A stretch of DNA of 63,670 nt, the filler included, from Nemertoderma westbladi (taxonomy: Eukaryota; Animalia; Xenacoelomorpha), in assembly GCA_032718475.1 (NCBI GenBank). It is 3 parts of 3 records of this genome, joined end to end, with 100 filler letters (N's around TTAATTAATTAA, not from the genome) between each part and the next. Parts side by side here need not be neighbours in the genome. Positions count along the whole stretch, not along the records: positions 1 to 27,011 come from JAUCBJ010001965.1; positions 27,112 to 56,078 come from JAUCBJ010007044.1; 1 more part is not named here. The stretch is one strand, 5' to 3'. The translations under genes were made by a program, and so were the position numbers. Below the pieces are notes generated by a model. It did no database searches, was not told where the DNA came from, and saw only the letters and a list, made by a program, of their open reading frames with translations. This document shows positions 24,960-35,619 of this stretch, piece by piece. Every line of letters begins with the position of its first letter. The first letter of the stretch is position 1.

Positions 24960-27011
24960 TTCTGCAGGAAGCTATTAACCCTATGGAGGACGTACATATG
25001 TCAGTTGCAGCGGAGTTATTTACTACCGTTGTTGAATCTGACCTGCCCCATAGATCGTATACAGTGTCCGGCCGTCTAGCTTCTAAACCTCAGATTGTAA
25101 GTGTATCTATATGTAATAATATGCCTATACTCCTGGCATTGCACCTGCTTTCGAGGCAGTTTCTAATTTATATGACCATCTTTATGGTAAAGAGTTAGCA
25201 ATAGCCATGGAAAAGCATACTATATTATTTACCCGATGTTGGAATCGCTTTGCACATCATTTAAGTTAATGGATTGAACATGGGAAGGACAAACCTTTTC
25301 GTAATGTCAAATATATTTGGCAGTGAATGGAGGCACAAGATCAAGGTTCCCCAGTAGCAAATATGCTATATATACACGGCGGAATAACTCTCCATCCAGA
25401 GTCTAAAGAGGAGACACCCTTAATAGGATTTGTTGCATTACTGATGGGCTTTATGCTTTATGGCTTATTCCATTTGGTATATGTTTTTGGTAGCTTTGAG
25501 ACAGAGTTAGATCTTCTATCTGTCCAAGATATTCGGACTTCATTCTTCAGAGCAAACCTTACATCTCATGATAACAATGTTCCTGCAGAGGAGGTCAATG
25601 GCTTACTTGAATCATATGTCATGAAGGACCTAACTTTTCAATCAATTGGAAATATCAATTCCAGCGTTACCTCCATCTAGCTGTTGCTGGTTTTAGACAA
25701 TTCTTCGCTGGTAATGGTTTGCTTTATGAGGCAATACCTCTCTTTTATGAGGACAGTATTCGGGATCAGGCCACGGAACAAGTGCAAAACATAGAGGATA
25801 TGAGACATAGAAATTTTGTTGATGCTCTATATGAGAGAGATGGATTGGTATTACCCGATGAGGAGGATGTATTACCACAGGATCGTCAATTAATAAAAGC
25901 CACCCGAAAATTCCACCTTAATTGGAAGCCTCTATTGAAATCTATTCAAGGACAACCGCAGGAATCCATTGATGAGCAACGAAATATACATACTGTATGG
26001 TAAACATACTATATGGTACTGGTAAATGCAATAGATAAATATCAGCATCTTTCGACAACATTTGTTCATTCTCCATGGTTAGTAGGAGCACCAGGTGTTG
26101 GCAAGACAACAGTAATGTTGGAAGCTATGGCTTATAGCCTTGCTTGTGGCCTGAATGTTATGCTCACAGCAATTACAAGTGAGAGGGCCAGAGCATTGGG
26201 TGGTGAACATCTTCACTTACTTATGCCATTTGGTGTGCATCATGGAAAAATAACCTCCATTGGATTAGCCCAAGAATGTCTCTTAAGTTTAGCAAAAAGT
26301 CCATCTAAACTTGCTTTACTTAAACGATTGAATATAATTTTCTTTGAGGAATGTGGCATGCTTTCCTGTGAGCAACTGGCAGCCATTGATCTTGTACTGC
26401 AAAGAATATGTAATACACAAAGACCATTTGATGGAAAACCATTCATAGGCTGTGGAGATCATTGCCTGTTGAGGGTCGAGTTGTTTGGCTTAGCACCCAC
26501 TTCATTACAAACTTTACAGTTATGCTTTGCAAACATTATGTATGTAGTGCAAATGATCAAGAATTGCAACTTGTTATAAACATTTTGCGCATATCAAATC
26601 CAAAGGCCAAATTTGATTGATCAATTGATTGCGATCTTAAAGAGGCGCTGCAATTTTCTTGATAGTTCGGATGATGTCCCAAATTATGTACTAAAGGTTG
26701 TAGGAACTCAGGCTGGTGAACAGGAGGTATTACAAAATTATCTTTTACATCACCGGAGTGAAGTTGGGACAATTGCTATCACTAGCCGTGATCAAGTAAG
26801 TAGTGGAAATCCTGGAGACGATAGTTCTTGGAGGGATACTGATTCAACTAGTATTATCAATTCTATAACCAGATTGTGTCGTGAACCACAGGAATTGATT
26901 CTGTTCCTAAACCAGATCCTCCGTTTCACATATAACAGACAATCTGCGCAACCTAAATTTTCTAATGGTCAATTGTGTATTCTTACGAAAGTGCCAGCTT
27001 CAAAAATTTGT
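24960..27011 (+). mobile_element. Decayed Helitron-like PIF1 helicase region, copy 2 (runs into the gap)
   Basis: GAPGVGKT Walker A, TAITSERARALGGEHLH (motif Ia/Ib), IIFFEECGML and PFDG..GCGDH. GSFETELD matches GRFETEYD of copy 1. Several stops and frameshifts. Confidence 0.8.
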
Positions 27012-27111
27012 NNNNNNNNNNNNNNNNNNNNNNNNNNNNNNNNNNNNNNNNNNNNTTAATTAATTAANNNNNNNNNNNNNNNNNNNNNNNNNNNNNNNNN
27101 NNNNNNNNNNN
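27012..27111. other. Artificial contig spacer
   Basis: 44 N + TTAATTAATTAA (stops in six frames) + 44 N. Confidence 0.97.
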
Positions 27112-27864
27112 TACAGAGCCCGCGAACGCGAGTTGGAAAGAACCATTAAACCAAGGAAGTTTCTAACTGCCTATGGTCCACCCACGGCCCTCGTTCAGAC
27201 CACTCGTAAAGGACCCGTAAGAGCGGCTGTCTTGAAACGAGCTCTCAAAGCCGTTAGACCCCTCTCCCCGGACGTTGATGTCAATCAACCCGGTACTTCG
27301 ACCGGCGGATATACCGATCGCAATCCCATACCTTCTGATGCAATCATATTGCACCCTTCACCCAGGAGTTATAGCCCTCCTCGTAAAGTGGCTCGCCCCA
27401 AAGAGAAAAGGACTCTTGCTAGCTTTAAAAAACTGCGTAAACGCCGTCCGCGCAAGAAAGACTAACTGTTTAGAGTATTTTTATATTTTAGAAACTGTGA
27501 TTTTGTATATTTTATAGACTTAAATCCCATTTTCTGGGAGCGGTGTAAAAGCTTTTGTGGGATAACTGATACGTTTGCCTTTGCTGGCCAGTTCCCCCCC
27601 AGTCGCTAGAATACTCTCAAAGGGATTTATAACTAAAATAGTGCAAGCTACCAGCTTATTGGCTGATGTGCTGTACGGAGATATCTGGGCTCAGTTTAAT
27701 CGGCCAACTAGCTTAGAGAGGTTGCCTTAGCCTTGCTGTCCGTGTCGGCCAATAGAATTTGCGTAGGCGTTGATTTCGACCTATCCCAGCGCTACTGAAC
27801 TGAATTTCCTATCTCACTGCTCATCCTCTGTGTTGAACGGGAGCTTCGGGGAATAAGAGTTTTT

Positions 27865-30800
27865 GGTCTCGGTTTACGCCCCGGCAGGCTATATTGATAA
27901 AATTATAGGGTGATAACTGTTAAAACAAAATTTAAAACGCACGGTATATAGGTTAAGTAAAATACACAATTACAGTAAAATGGTGAGGTCTAAAAAACAC
28001 ACCGTAAATATATAACTGATAATGTCAGATTTAGATTATGTTGGATGAAATGACATTAATGAATATATATAATATGCTGAAGAGACAGTATTTACAATCA
28101 ATTATTTTAAATGATAGAAAGGAAGGGTGAAATTATAAAATTATATTATAATAATGATTATGATATTTATATACATAAGATACAGTATGTTGATTTATCG
28201 GCGGCTATTATTGGTAAAATGGTCTAACAACATCAAAGTAATTAAAATAACATACAAAATAAGAGCAACAAGATACAATGACAATACAATACGGCTGGTT
28301 TTGGCATGTAAGGGCCGAAAAACTAATAGTATCATATCAGTTAAAAATAACACGTATCATTAGGAGTATTATTGATTAAGTATTATTTATTATACTTATA
28401 CTTTTATAGGTATTATTATTATTGATAAAGATTATAAAAGTCCAATACCACTAAATGGCGAGCTGCATGTGAGCCAGTGGTGCAACTCAGTATGGTACCA
28501 ATAAAAAAGAGTTTATACTGACTAGCAGGACTCAGTTCGGTGGCTTGAGATTTTCCATGTCGATTCCGTATGGCCTTGAAACTGTATCTAGAGACACTCA
28601 GAGAAGACAAACTTGGTAAACCGAGGTGCCATGCGGAGACACCATAACGGAAAAAAATCTGAGCACTAGACAGACCTGCAAGGTGCAGACAGATTAAATG
28701 ATGAAAGAAGAAAAGAACCTTTCTATTAGGACAATTTAAGATGCTGTAGGTAAATGACGCAGTTTTGAAGTATAGGAAATCTTCCAGGTTGATCATACCA
28801 AAGAGTTTACATAGAATTCCATTAGAAACATAGTTTCCTATTGCACATATAGTTCTCATTGCTTTATGAAGTTGTAGCGATATCTCTGCAATATTAGGCT
28901 TATCAAGTTCCGAGCATCCATACAGTATTGACGGGAGGCACATCACCTTCCATATTTTAACAACAACTGCCAGTGGAACACTGTTAATGCAAAGACCACG
29001 TGCCTCCATTCTGCTGACACAAGTCCAAATTTTACATTTTACAAACTGAGTCAAAGATTGCGACGTCATGGGAAAGGGCAACCCTAGATAGTTGCAATCC
29101 TTCGCAGAAACCAAAATAATGCTGTCTGTCCCATTTATGAATTCCAATGATTCCTCTCCATTGCTCGTTCTAGCACCATTCAGGTATATGAAATGAGTCT
29201 TTTTTATGTTTAGAAGCAACTTATGTCTTTCAAAGTAATTGCAGCATAGGGCCATAAGTTTCTCTGCATCAGACTTCATGTTTGCTGCAAGAATGATATC
29301 ATCACCATAGCTCACTCCACCGAAAGATTCTGCCTTTATGTGCACACCAAGACCACTGTTATCAATCTCCTTAAAAAGACTAGACATATAGAAATTAAAA
29401 AGAATTGGGGATAACATCCCGCCTTGTCTTACACCTCTCTCTAAGGGGAATGCTTGACATATCCGTGTTCTAGATGCCAAGAAAGCTGAAGCTGAGCAGT
29501 AATAGTTTCTTAGTGTTTCCAATAGGTTGTGTTCAGTTTTAGCATCCTCTAATTTCCTAATTAACATTGTGTAGTCGACGGTATCAAAAGCAGATGACAA
29601 GTCTAATGATACTATATACATTGATGAACCCTTTTTTGTGAATTCATTTACTAAGTTGTTGACCAGTGCATACGTCATTTCTGTATTTGTTTTTTGTTTA
29701 TAACCCATCTGCAAGTCATGAGAGTCCAATGGCAATTCAGGGAGTATAAGCATTTCCCAAAGTTTGGCGATAACAGCTACAATTGCAATTCCACGATAGC
29801 TCTTAGTTGAAAATTTATCCAGATTCCTGCCCTTATATAATGGCATTAACAGAGACATGCTCAACTTCTTAGGACATGAACAGGAGGCTCTCATAGAATT
29901 GAATATGTATGCTAAGGCGCTGCAGAGCCCATCAGAGATTCCAAAAAATAAATGTTCTGACTTTAACCCGAAGCAATCAGCAGCTTTTTTCCTGTTTAAA
30001 TTGCGGATACCACTTGCAATGCATTCTGTGGACAGGATTGATGTGTCGTTTAATGTTTTCGCTTCATGAGATGCTATATTTTCCAACGACTTACCATTTA
30101 AGGTGCTATCCTTGTATGTATCCTCATAGTGCTGCTTCAGCTTACTGAACATTTCGTCTGTCATTTCCTCCTGGGGAGCACGGTTCTTGGTAAGCTTCCA
30201 GAACTTTACATCATCATCTCTGCAGGACTCTACCAACTCAGTAATATGATTGGAGTACTCAATTCTACTTAGCTTCATAGCAACTTGATTGTATCTTCTT
30301 GTGGCAGCCCAATATCCTATGTAGGAGACATTAGATGGATCCTTTATACTGCCTTGATTGATCCAGATCTCCTTTGCCCTGTCAACGATACATTTTAGTT
30401 TACCAAGACTGGCGTTGTCAGCATAAGATTTCCATCTAGAGTTTACAGATCTTGGTTTCCTATTATCAATAAAGCTGGTTGGAATGTAAACATCGGATGT
30501 TTTCCTCAGGACAGCAATGACTTTATCCATTACAATCTCTGCATCGTGTGGATTTGTAGAATAATTGTTATAGGGCTTGATAAAGGATGATAGCTTCTCT
30601 GATACAACCTTGCGATACTGTTCAAGCTGTTTAGTGGTTGCTTTACTGAAATATACAATTTTTCTCTTGTATGTGCGATGAGATGATGCGGTCCAATTAT
30701 CGTTCTGTCGTTTGGCTGAAAGACTCAGTGTTGTTCTAACTGGAGTGTGGTCTGAGAGATTACTTGGATCCAACCCAAAGACCATGCTAGATGTTATATT

Positions 30801-31330
30801 TGGAGCAATATCTGGTGACAAAAGAATGTGGTCAATGTAAGAAGATCTTTGCACAATACCATTTGATCTAAAGAAAAATGTTGAAAGCAGTTCATTTGGA
30901 GCAAAACAAAAATTGCTAACCACCAAACCATGGGGTTGTGCTACATTTTGAACAAAGATGTCACCAAAACGGGAGGTTGCAGTGTTGACGTTTCCACTGT
31001 CACTACTCAAACGACCAAGGCTACCATTGATGTCTCCTAAAACAACTACTGGAATGTTTTGAGTTCTATCATCGATCAATGTTGCCAGTCTCGCACACTG
31101 TTGAATGTAAGAATCCTTATCAGATGGAAGGTTGCAGTCAGCTGGCATGTAGACAGCCATAAGCGCGATATCCATAATAGTTGGGTGATTCTTTAGTTCC
31201 ACAGCAATGATGCGGTCTGAGTTGGTTGTGACTGGGGTGGAGTACTGCATCAAATCATCCCGCATTAACAACATGATGCCACCCTGAGGCCGGCCACTAT
31301 AAAAAGGGTCTTTCATTGCCGATTTATATC
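27865..31330 (-). mobile_element. 5'-truncated non-LTR retrotransposon with open ORF2
   Basis: Contains the 965-aa EN-RT ORF, an AT-rich 3' UTR, and a terminal motif shared with the LINE ending at 38943. Confidence 0.88.
28419..31316 (-). CDS. LINE ORF2: APE endonuclease (extreme N-terminus missing) + reverse transcriptase
   Basis: GRPQGG, VYMP, GDING, IDHI and SDH (APE); YRGIAI, DLSSAFDTV, GVRQGGMLSP, YGDD and YLG (RT). Confidence 0.92.
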   Translation of the reverse strand: MKDPFYSGRPQGGIMLLMRDDLMQYSTPVTTNSDRIIAVELKNHPTIMDIALMAVYMPADCNLPSDKDSYIQQCARLATLIDDRTQNIPVVVLGDINGSLGRLSSDSGNVNTATSRFGDIFVQNVAQPHGLVVSNFCFAPNELLSTFFFRSNGIVQRSSYIDHILLSPDIAPNITSSMVFGLDPSNLSDHTPVRTTLSLSAKRQNDNWTASSHRTYKRKIVYFSKATTKQLEQYRKVVSEKLSSFIKPYNNYSTNPHDAEIVMDKVIAVLRKTSDVYIPTSFIDNRKPRSVNSRWKSYADNASLGKLKCIVDRAKEIWINQGSIKDPSNVSYIGYWAATRRYNQVAMKLSRIEYSNHITELVESCRDDDVKFWKLTKNRAPQEEMTDEMFSKLKQHYEDTYKDSTLNGKSLENIASHEAKTLNDTSILSTECIASGIRNLNRKKAADCFGLKSEHLFFGISDGLCSALAYIFNSMRASCSCPKKLSMSLLMPLYKGRNLDKFSTKSYRGIAIVAVIAKLWEMLILPELPLDSHDLQMGYKQKTNTEMTYALVNNLVNEFTKKGSSMYIVSLDLSSAFDTVDYTMLIRKLEDAKTEHNLLETLRNYYCSASAFLASRTRICQAFPLERGVRQGGMLSPILFNFYMSSLFKEIDNSGLGVHIKAESFGGVSYGDDIILAANMKSDAEKLMALCCNYFERHKLLLNIKKTHFIYLNGARTSNGEESLEFINGTDSIILVSAKDCNYLGLPFPMTSQSLTQFVKCKIWTCVSRMEARGLCINSVPLAVVVKIWKVMCLPSILYGCSELDKPNIAEISLQLHKAMRTICAIGNYVSNGILCKLFGMINLEDFLYFKTASFTYSILNCPNRKVLFFFHHLICLHLAGLSSAQIFFRYGVSAWHLGLPSLSSLSVSRYSFKAIRNRHGKSQATELSPASQYKLFFIGTILSCTTGSHAARHLVVLDFYNLYQ

Positions 31331-31717
31331 AATGTGGTGTGTATTGAATCTAATGTTATTTAGTAGACACTACCTGAGTCAATTGCTGTTCTCTTTATGT
31401 GTGATCAAATATACTGACGGTCGGCAGAATAGTGTGCATGATTGTGAGTGTGATGTGACTGGTAACAAAGCATTTCCTAAAGAATGCGACTTATACTTTA
31501 ATCATAAGCCTTATCGTTGCGTTTAGTATAAGTCCTAGCTCTGTTTAAATAGATAGAGCGCCACGTCCTAAAGGAACTGTTAATATTTCCCGAAAGTTAA
31601 TAATATCTGTCAGAAATTACATATTAGCGATCAATCGAATAATACAGTAGGCTTACACTGCAACCTTACACTGCAATAATAAAAATCTAAGCATCCGAAT
31701 TCGGCCTCCCGGGTGTA

Positions 31718-31977
31718 GATCCATCGGGTGAATGATCGCGCATGGGCTGGCTTCGGCTAATGTTTTGTTTATTAGCATAAAATATTGTCGTATGCTAAAG
31801 GTGTGTTAATTAACTAAAAGACATATAAATTTTGGCAGGTTAAACTGATCCATCGGGTGAATGATCGCGCATGGGCTGGCTTCGGCTAATGTTTTGTTTA
31901 TTAGCATAAAAATATTGTCCGTATGCTAAAGGTGTGTTAATTAACTAAAAGACATATAAATTTTGGCAGGTTAAACT
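31718..31977. repeat. Direct tandem duplication, ~130 bp x 2
   Basis: Copies start at 31718 and 31847 and differ by two small indels. Confidence 0.92.
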
Positions 31978-32440
31978 GCTAAAGGTCTTCAAAAGCGCGA
32001 ACATACTAGCTATTACGTAATTGTTACTATAAAAATAAGATTTATAAAAATAGGAACCTTAATATGATATAGGCCTAGTATAATGATGTTAATTTATGTT
32101 ATATTGCCCACCAAATTTATATTTTTTTCAGAACATAATTAGAATTATTCATTAGAACATAATGCCGACTCAAAACATTTATACATTTTGTGGCCTTCTC
32201 TAAAAGAAACTATTGAGTATAAATATAACAGTAAACTTTTAACTAAAATATTGTGACTTAGAGGAAGTTGGGGGAATTTATCCTGTATATAATAGTGTGT
32301 GAAAGACACACATACAGACTGCCTAAACCCATCCGCCAAACAGACTGCGGACTGCAAACTGCCTGCATAGCGGAAAGGAGTATATACCGGACCGCGAGCG
32401 GCGCGATAACTGTGTGAATTGCGCATCACGGCCTTACGAC

Positions 32441-35400
32441 ATGGCGCCAGTACAGCACTCACCAAAACACGAACCCCAACCACTCCCGCACCAGCGCCTG
32501 GCTGGAGGCAGCCCTTCGCCTACCCCACCTGACAGTCACATGTCTGACCCTCTGAATCAGATGACGCCAAATGAAGAAACCGAACCTGACTCTCTCGCAA
32601 TGGAGGAAAATACGGGTCACAACAGACTGATGGGTTCGAGTATGCCCCCCATAAACACACAAACTGACACTACCAGTATAAATACAAAAAAAAAAAAAAA
32701 TTAAAGTCATCAACCAACGCTCCAAAAAAACATGAACATACAAAACAAAACACCTCAACTTTGGAACCAAAAGAGAAGTCAAAAAAAAGAATTTATCCAA
32801 CACACACAGTAACAAAATCAATGTAACCTTCTCTACCACCAGCGATACTCTAAACGACATTAGCATATCTGAAATAGAGGAGTCAATGGGCTTTTTTGCC
32901 AATTCTTCAAAAAACCTATCATCAACGCAGAATACGCCAACAGCTGAAATCGTCAAAGCCATAACAAAACCAAAGAGAACCAATCCTAGAACCCTAATCC
33001 CCCCCTCTACCTAGAGAAATACACCTAATAAAAATACCTGATCCTACTTCACGAGAGAAAACAATCACAACTAGAGGGGTTAAAGAATTATATATCAGTG
33101 ACCATATAATAGAATATTTCTTTGGAATATTGGAGATACAGTTTTCACATACAATAACCATCCCCATTGAATTAAGTAAAAAGCTACACCAAAAGGAGTG
33201 GGATATTTCAGCTGCCCTTAGACATATCACAAGTTCCTGGGATCCAACGACTCAGCAAAACTCAATCATACTCATACCAGACATCGACGATGAACATAAA
33301 CATTTCACACTTAATGTAGCAGATCCAACAAAAAAAATAGTATATACCCTAGATCCCATGGACGACAATCCAACATCGTCAATTGCTGCCACAATAACCA
33401 ATTTATTCAACCTCATACATAAAGTGAAAAACCCTAATAATCTGCAAGAATCACCATGGATCACAAAGCAAAACACGAGACAATACCCGGGACAAAAAAA
33501 CGGTTATGACTGTGGGATATACATTTTGTCTCTATGGCTTAGCCCTAGCTCAGAAATCTTCATCAGTAAGAGAAGACCATGAAAATAGTCCAGAGATCCG
33601 TGCATGGTTCAAGAGATCTGTAGAAGACTGTCGCATCGAAATAACCGCAACACAACAAGAACCAACCTTCTCAATAGACCCTAACTTGAACAACCTGAAT
33701 CTACTAATGAATGCATCAACAACTGAAGAAATAATGTCTATAATACGTGCTGAAAAACTAATAAACAACCCCAAAGACATATTCATTAAGACATTGATTC
33801 CCTTGGGATCTGGAACACTAAATAGATTGCAAAAAATTCTGCTAGACCACATAAAACTCTACATTTTAGGAAATAATCCCAGTCTTAGTATAACCGCGGT
33901 CAATAGACGTTCCATTGCAGAATTATCCACAGGTGTGGCTGAGTTTGCTCTCGCTATTGAGAAAAATACCATCTCTCAATCGTTTAAAAAGCGTGTAAAT
34001 TTAGATACAATGGATTGTTTCAGCATACTTCAACTGACAGACCTTGTTGCAAATCTACAGCTTGAGGTGAAATCCCTTTCTGGAGCTCATAATGCTGCAA
34101 TCGAAACCATTCACCTGCTACAGAACTCAATCACAAATATGACCCTAGAAATAAATGACCTGCAGAAATCAGTAGCATCCGGAACAAAACAACAAAATAA
34201 AGCAGCAAAGAGGCGAACAAAAAAGGAGAAAAAACGGAAGCGCAAACAGAAAAACCAACAGACAAATATTAATAATACTGAAACCTCAATCCAAGACAGC
34301 GATGAATCGCAGGATGAGTCCCAAAGCATCTCAGATGACTATGATAGTGATAATTCTACTCCCACCCCGACCCCGACTGATAGCAACGGGGCGAGTTGCC
34401 CAGCCTCCGAAAGTGATGATACCTTTCAAACATGGGATCAGATTGAAACTCCAGAAAAGGAACTTCTTGAAGTCGACATTGATACTGCAAACCTTGTCTA
34501 CAATGGACACATTTCAGAATCGAAACCAACTGTAGTCAGACCAAGAACGCTGGAGGAAGTGACATATAATCCAAATGCCTGGACATCTGTACATCATTCA
34601 AATGGGAGGCCTAGCCCTAAACAACAAACAACAAAAGAAACAGCAATACCAATTAGCAACTTATTCAGTAATCTGGATCACGATTCCAAAATAGCAATGC
34701 TACTTGAGAGACAAAATGTAATCCTACAAAACATAGAGAAGAGCAATAAAAAAGAACACATTCCGACTACAAACCCAGAAGTAACTAAAAAGAAAACAGA
34801 CTTGAAAAATAATGAACAAGTGCAAACAATACTAGTGTCAGGTTTACCAAAAAATACGGGATCGGTCAGCCTCTCTCAATTTTGTTACAAACAAACTGGA
34901 ACATATCCGGTCCACGTTTGGGTTAGAGGCAATAAAGGAGAAATCAAAGAAGCCTTAATAACAGTGCAACCAGCTGACTACCACATCTTTATAAACAACC
35001 ATATGTGGCCTGGAGACAACCCAACAACATGCAATTACCATAGAAATAGACAAGACAGAAACCGACAAACTACAACTCATAACCCGTATAGTAACAACGA
35101 ACATGACCTTAAAGATAATCATGAGGGAACCAACCACAAAAACTACCAAAGACAATCATATGCTTGGAGCAACAAATCACAATGTCAATCGTGGAAACCA
35201 ACAGACAACTACGGATACAGAGAATCACGAAACAAACCAACAGACAACTTCAGATATACATCACACAATTATAGGGGACACAGGGGTAACCTGCTGAACA
35301 ACAACAAACAAAACTCCCGGAACTATTATTGCGATGGAAGCCAATATGACCACAGAGACAAACAACCAGCCTGGAAAGATGGGAACAGAACCCAACGAGA

Positions 35401-35512
35401 AATAAATATTAATGCTTCCGATGAGCAACAAACAATGAACAATGGTTTCATCAACTCTGGGAACTATCGGAAAGAACGGTCCCACACAAGGGACTACAAT
35501 CGGTATTTTTAA
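32441..35512 (+). pseudogene. LINE ORF1 with C48 (Ulp1/SENP-like) peptidase domain, frameshifted
   Basis: Frame 32998-33525 reads YISDHIIEYF..HFTL..D..YTLDP..QKNGYDCGIYI. Removing one T in the run after TACA (~33525) continues CLYGLAL into the 668-aa ORF, which has a coiled coil, a basic patch and an ILVSGLP RRM-like segment. Confidence 0.8.
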
Positions 35513-35619
35513 AACAAACAAAGCAAGCATCTTTATACCTCCGGCAACCACATGTAATACTGAAGCAAAAGTAAACTCTGACCGTGATAGAAACTTTCAT
35601 ACAAACCCATTAGGTTTGA

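Noticed and set aside
27056-27067. TTAATTAATTAA as a biological motif (also 56123-56134)
   Set aside because: Centred in fixed 44-N blocks; this is an assembly linker.
27133-27465. Basic 110-aa ORF next to the gap
   Set aside because: Truncated by the spacer with no recognisable domain; cannot be assigned.
31700-31770. HDV-like ribozyme (GGCTTCGGCTAATG)
   Set aside because: P4 and J4/2-like sequence is present, but no consistent P1, P2, P3 or L3 could be built.
32135-32146. Target-site duplication of the Ulp1-LINE (ATAATTAGAATT vs ATAATTATGAATT at ~38942)
   Set aside because: An AT-rich imperfect match is expected by chance.
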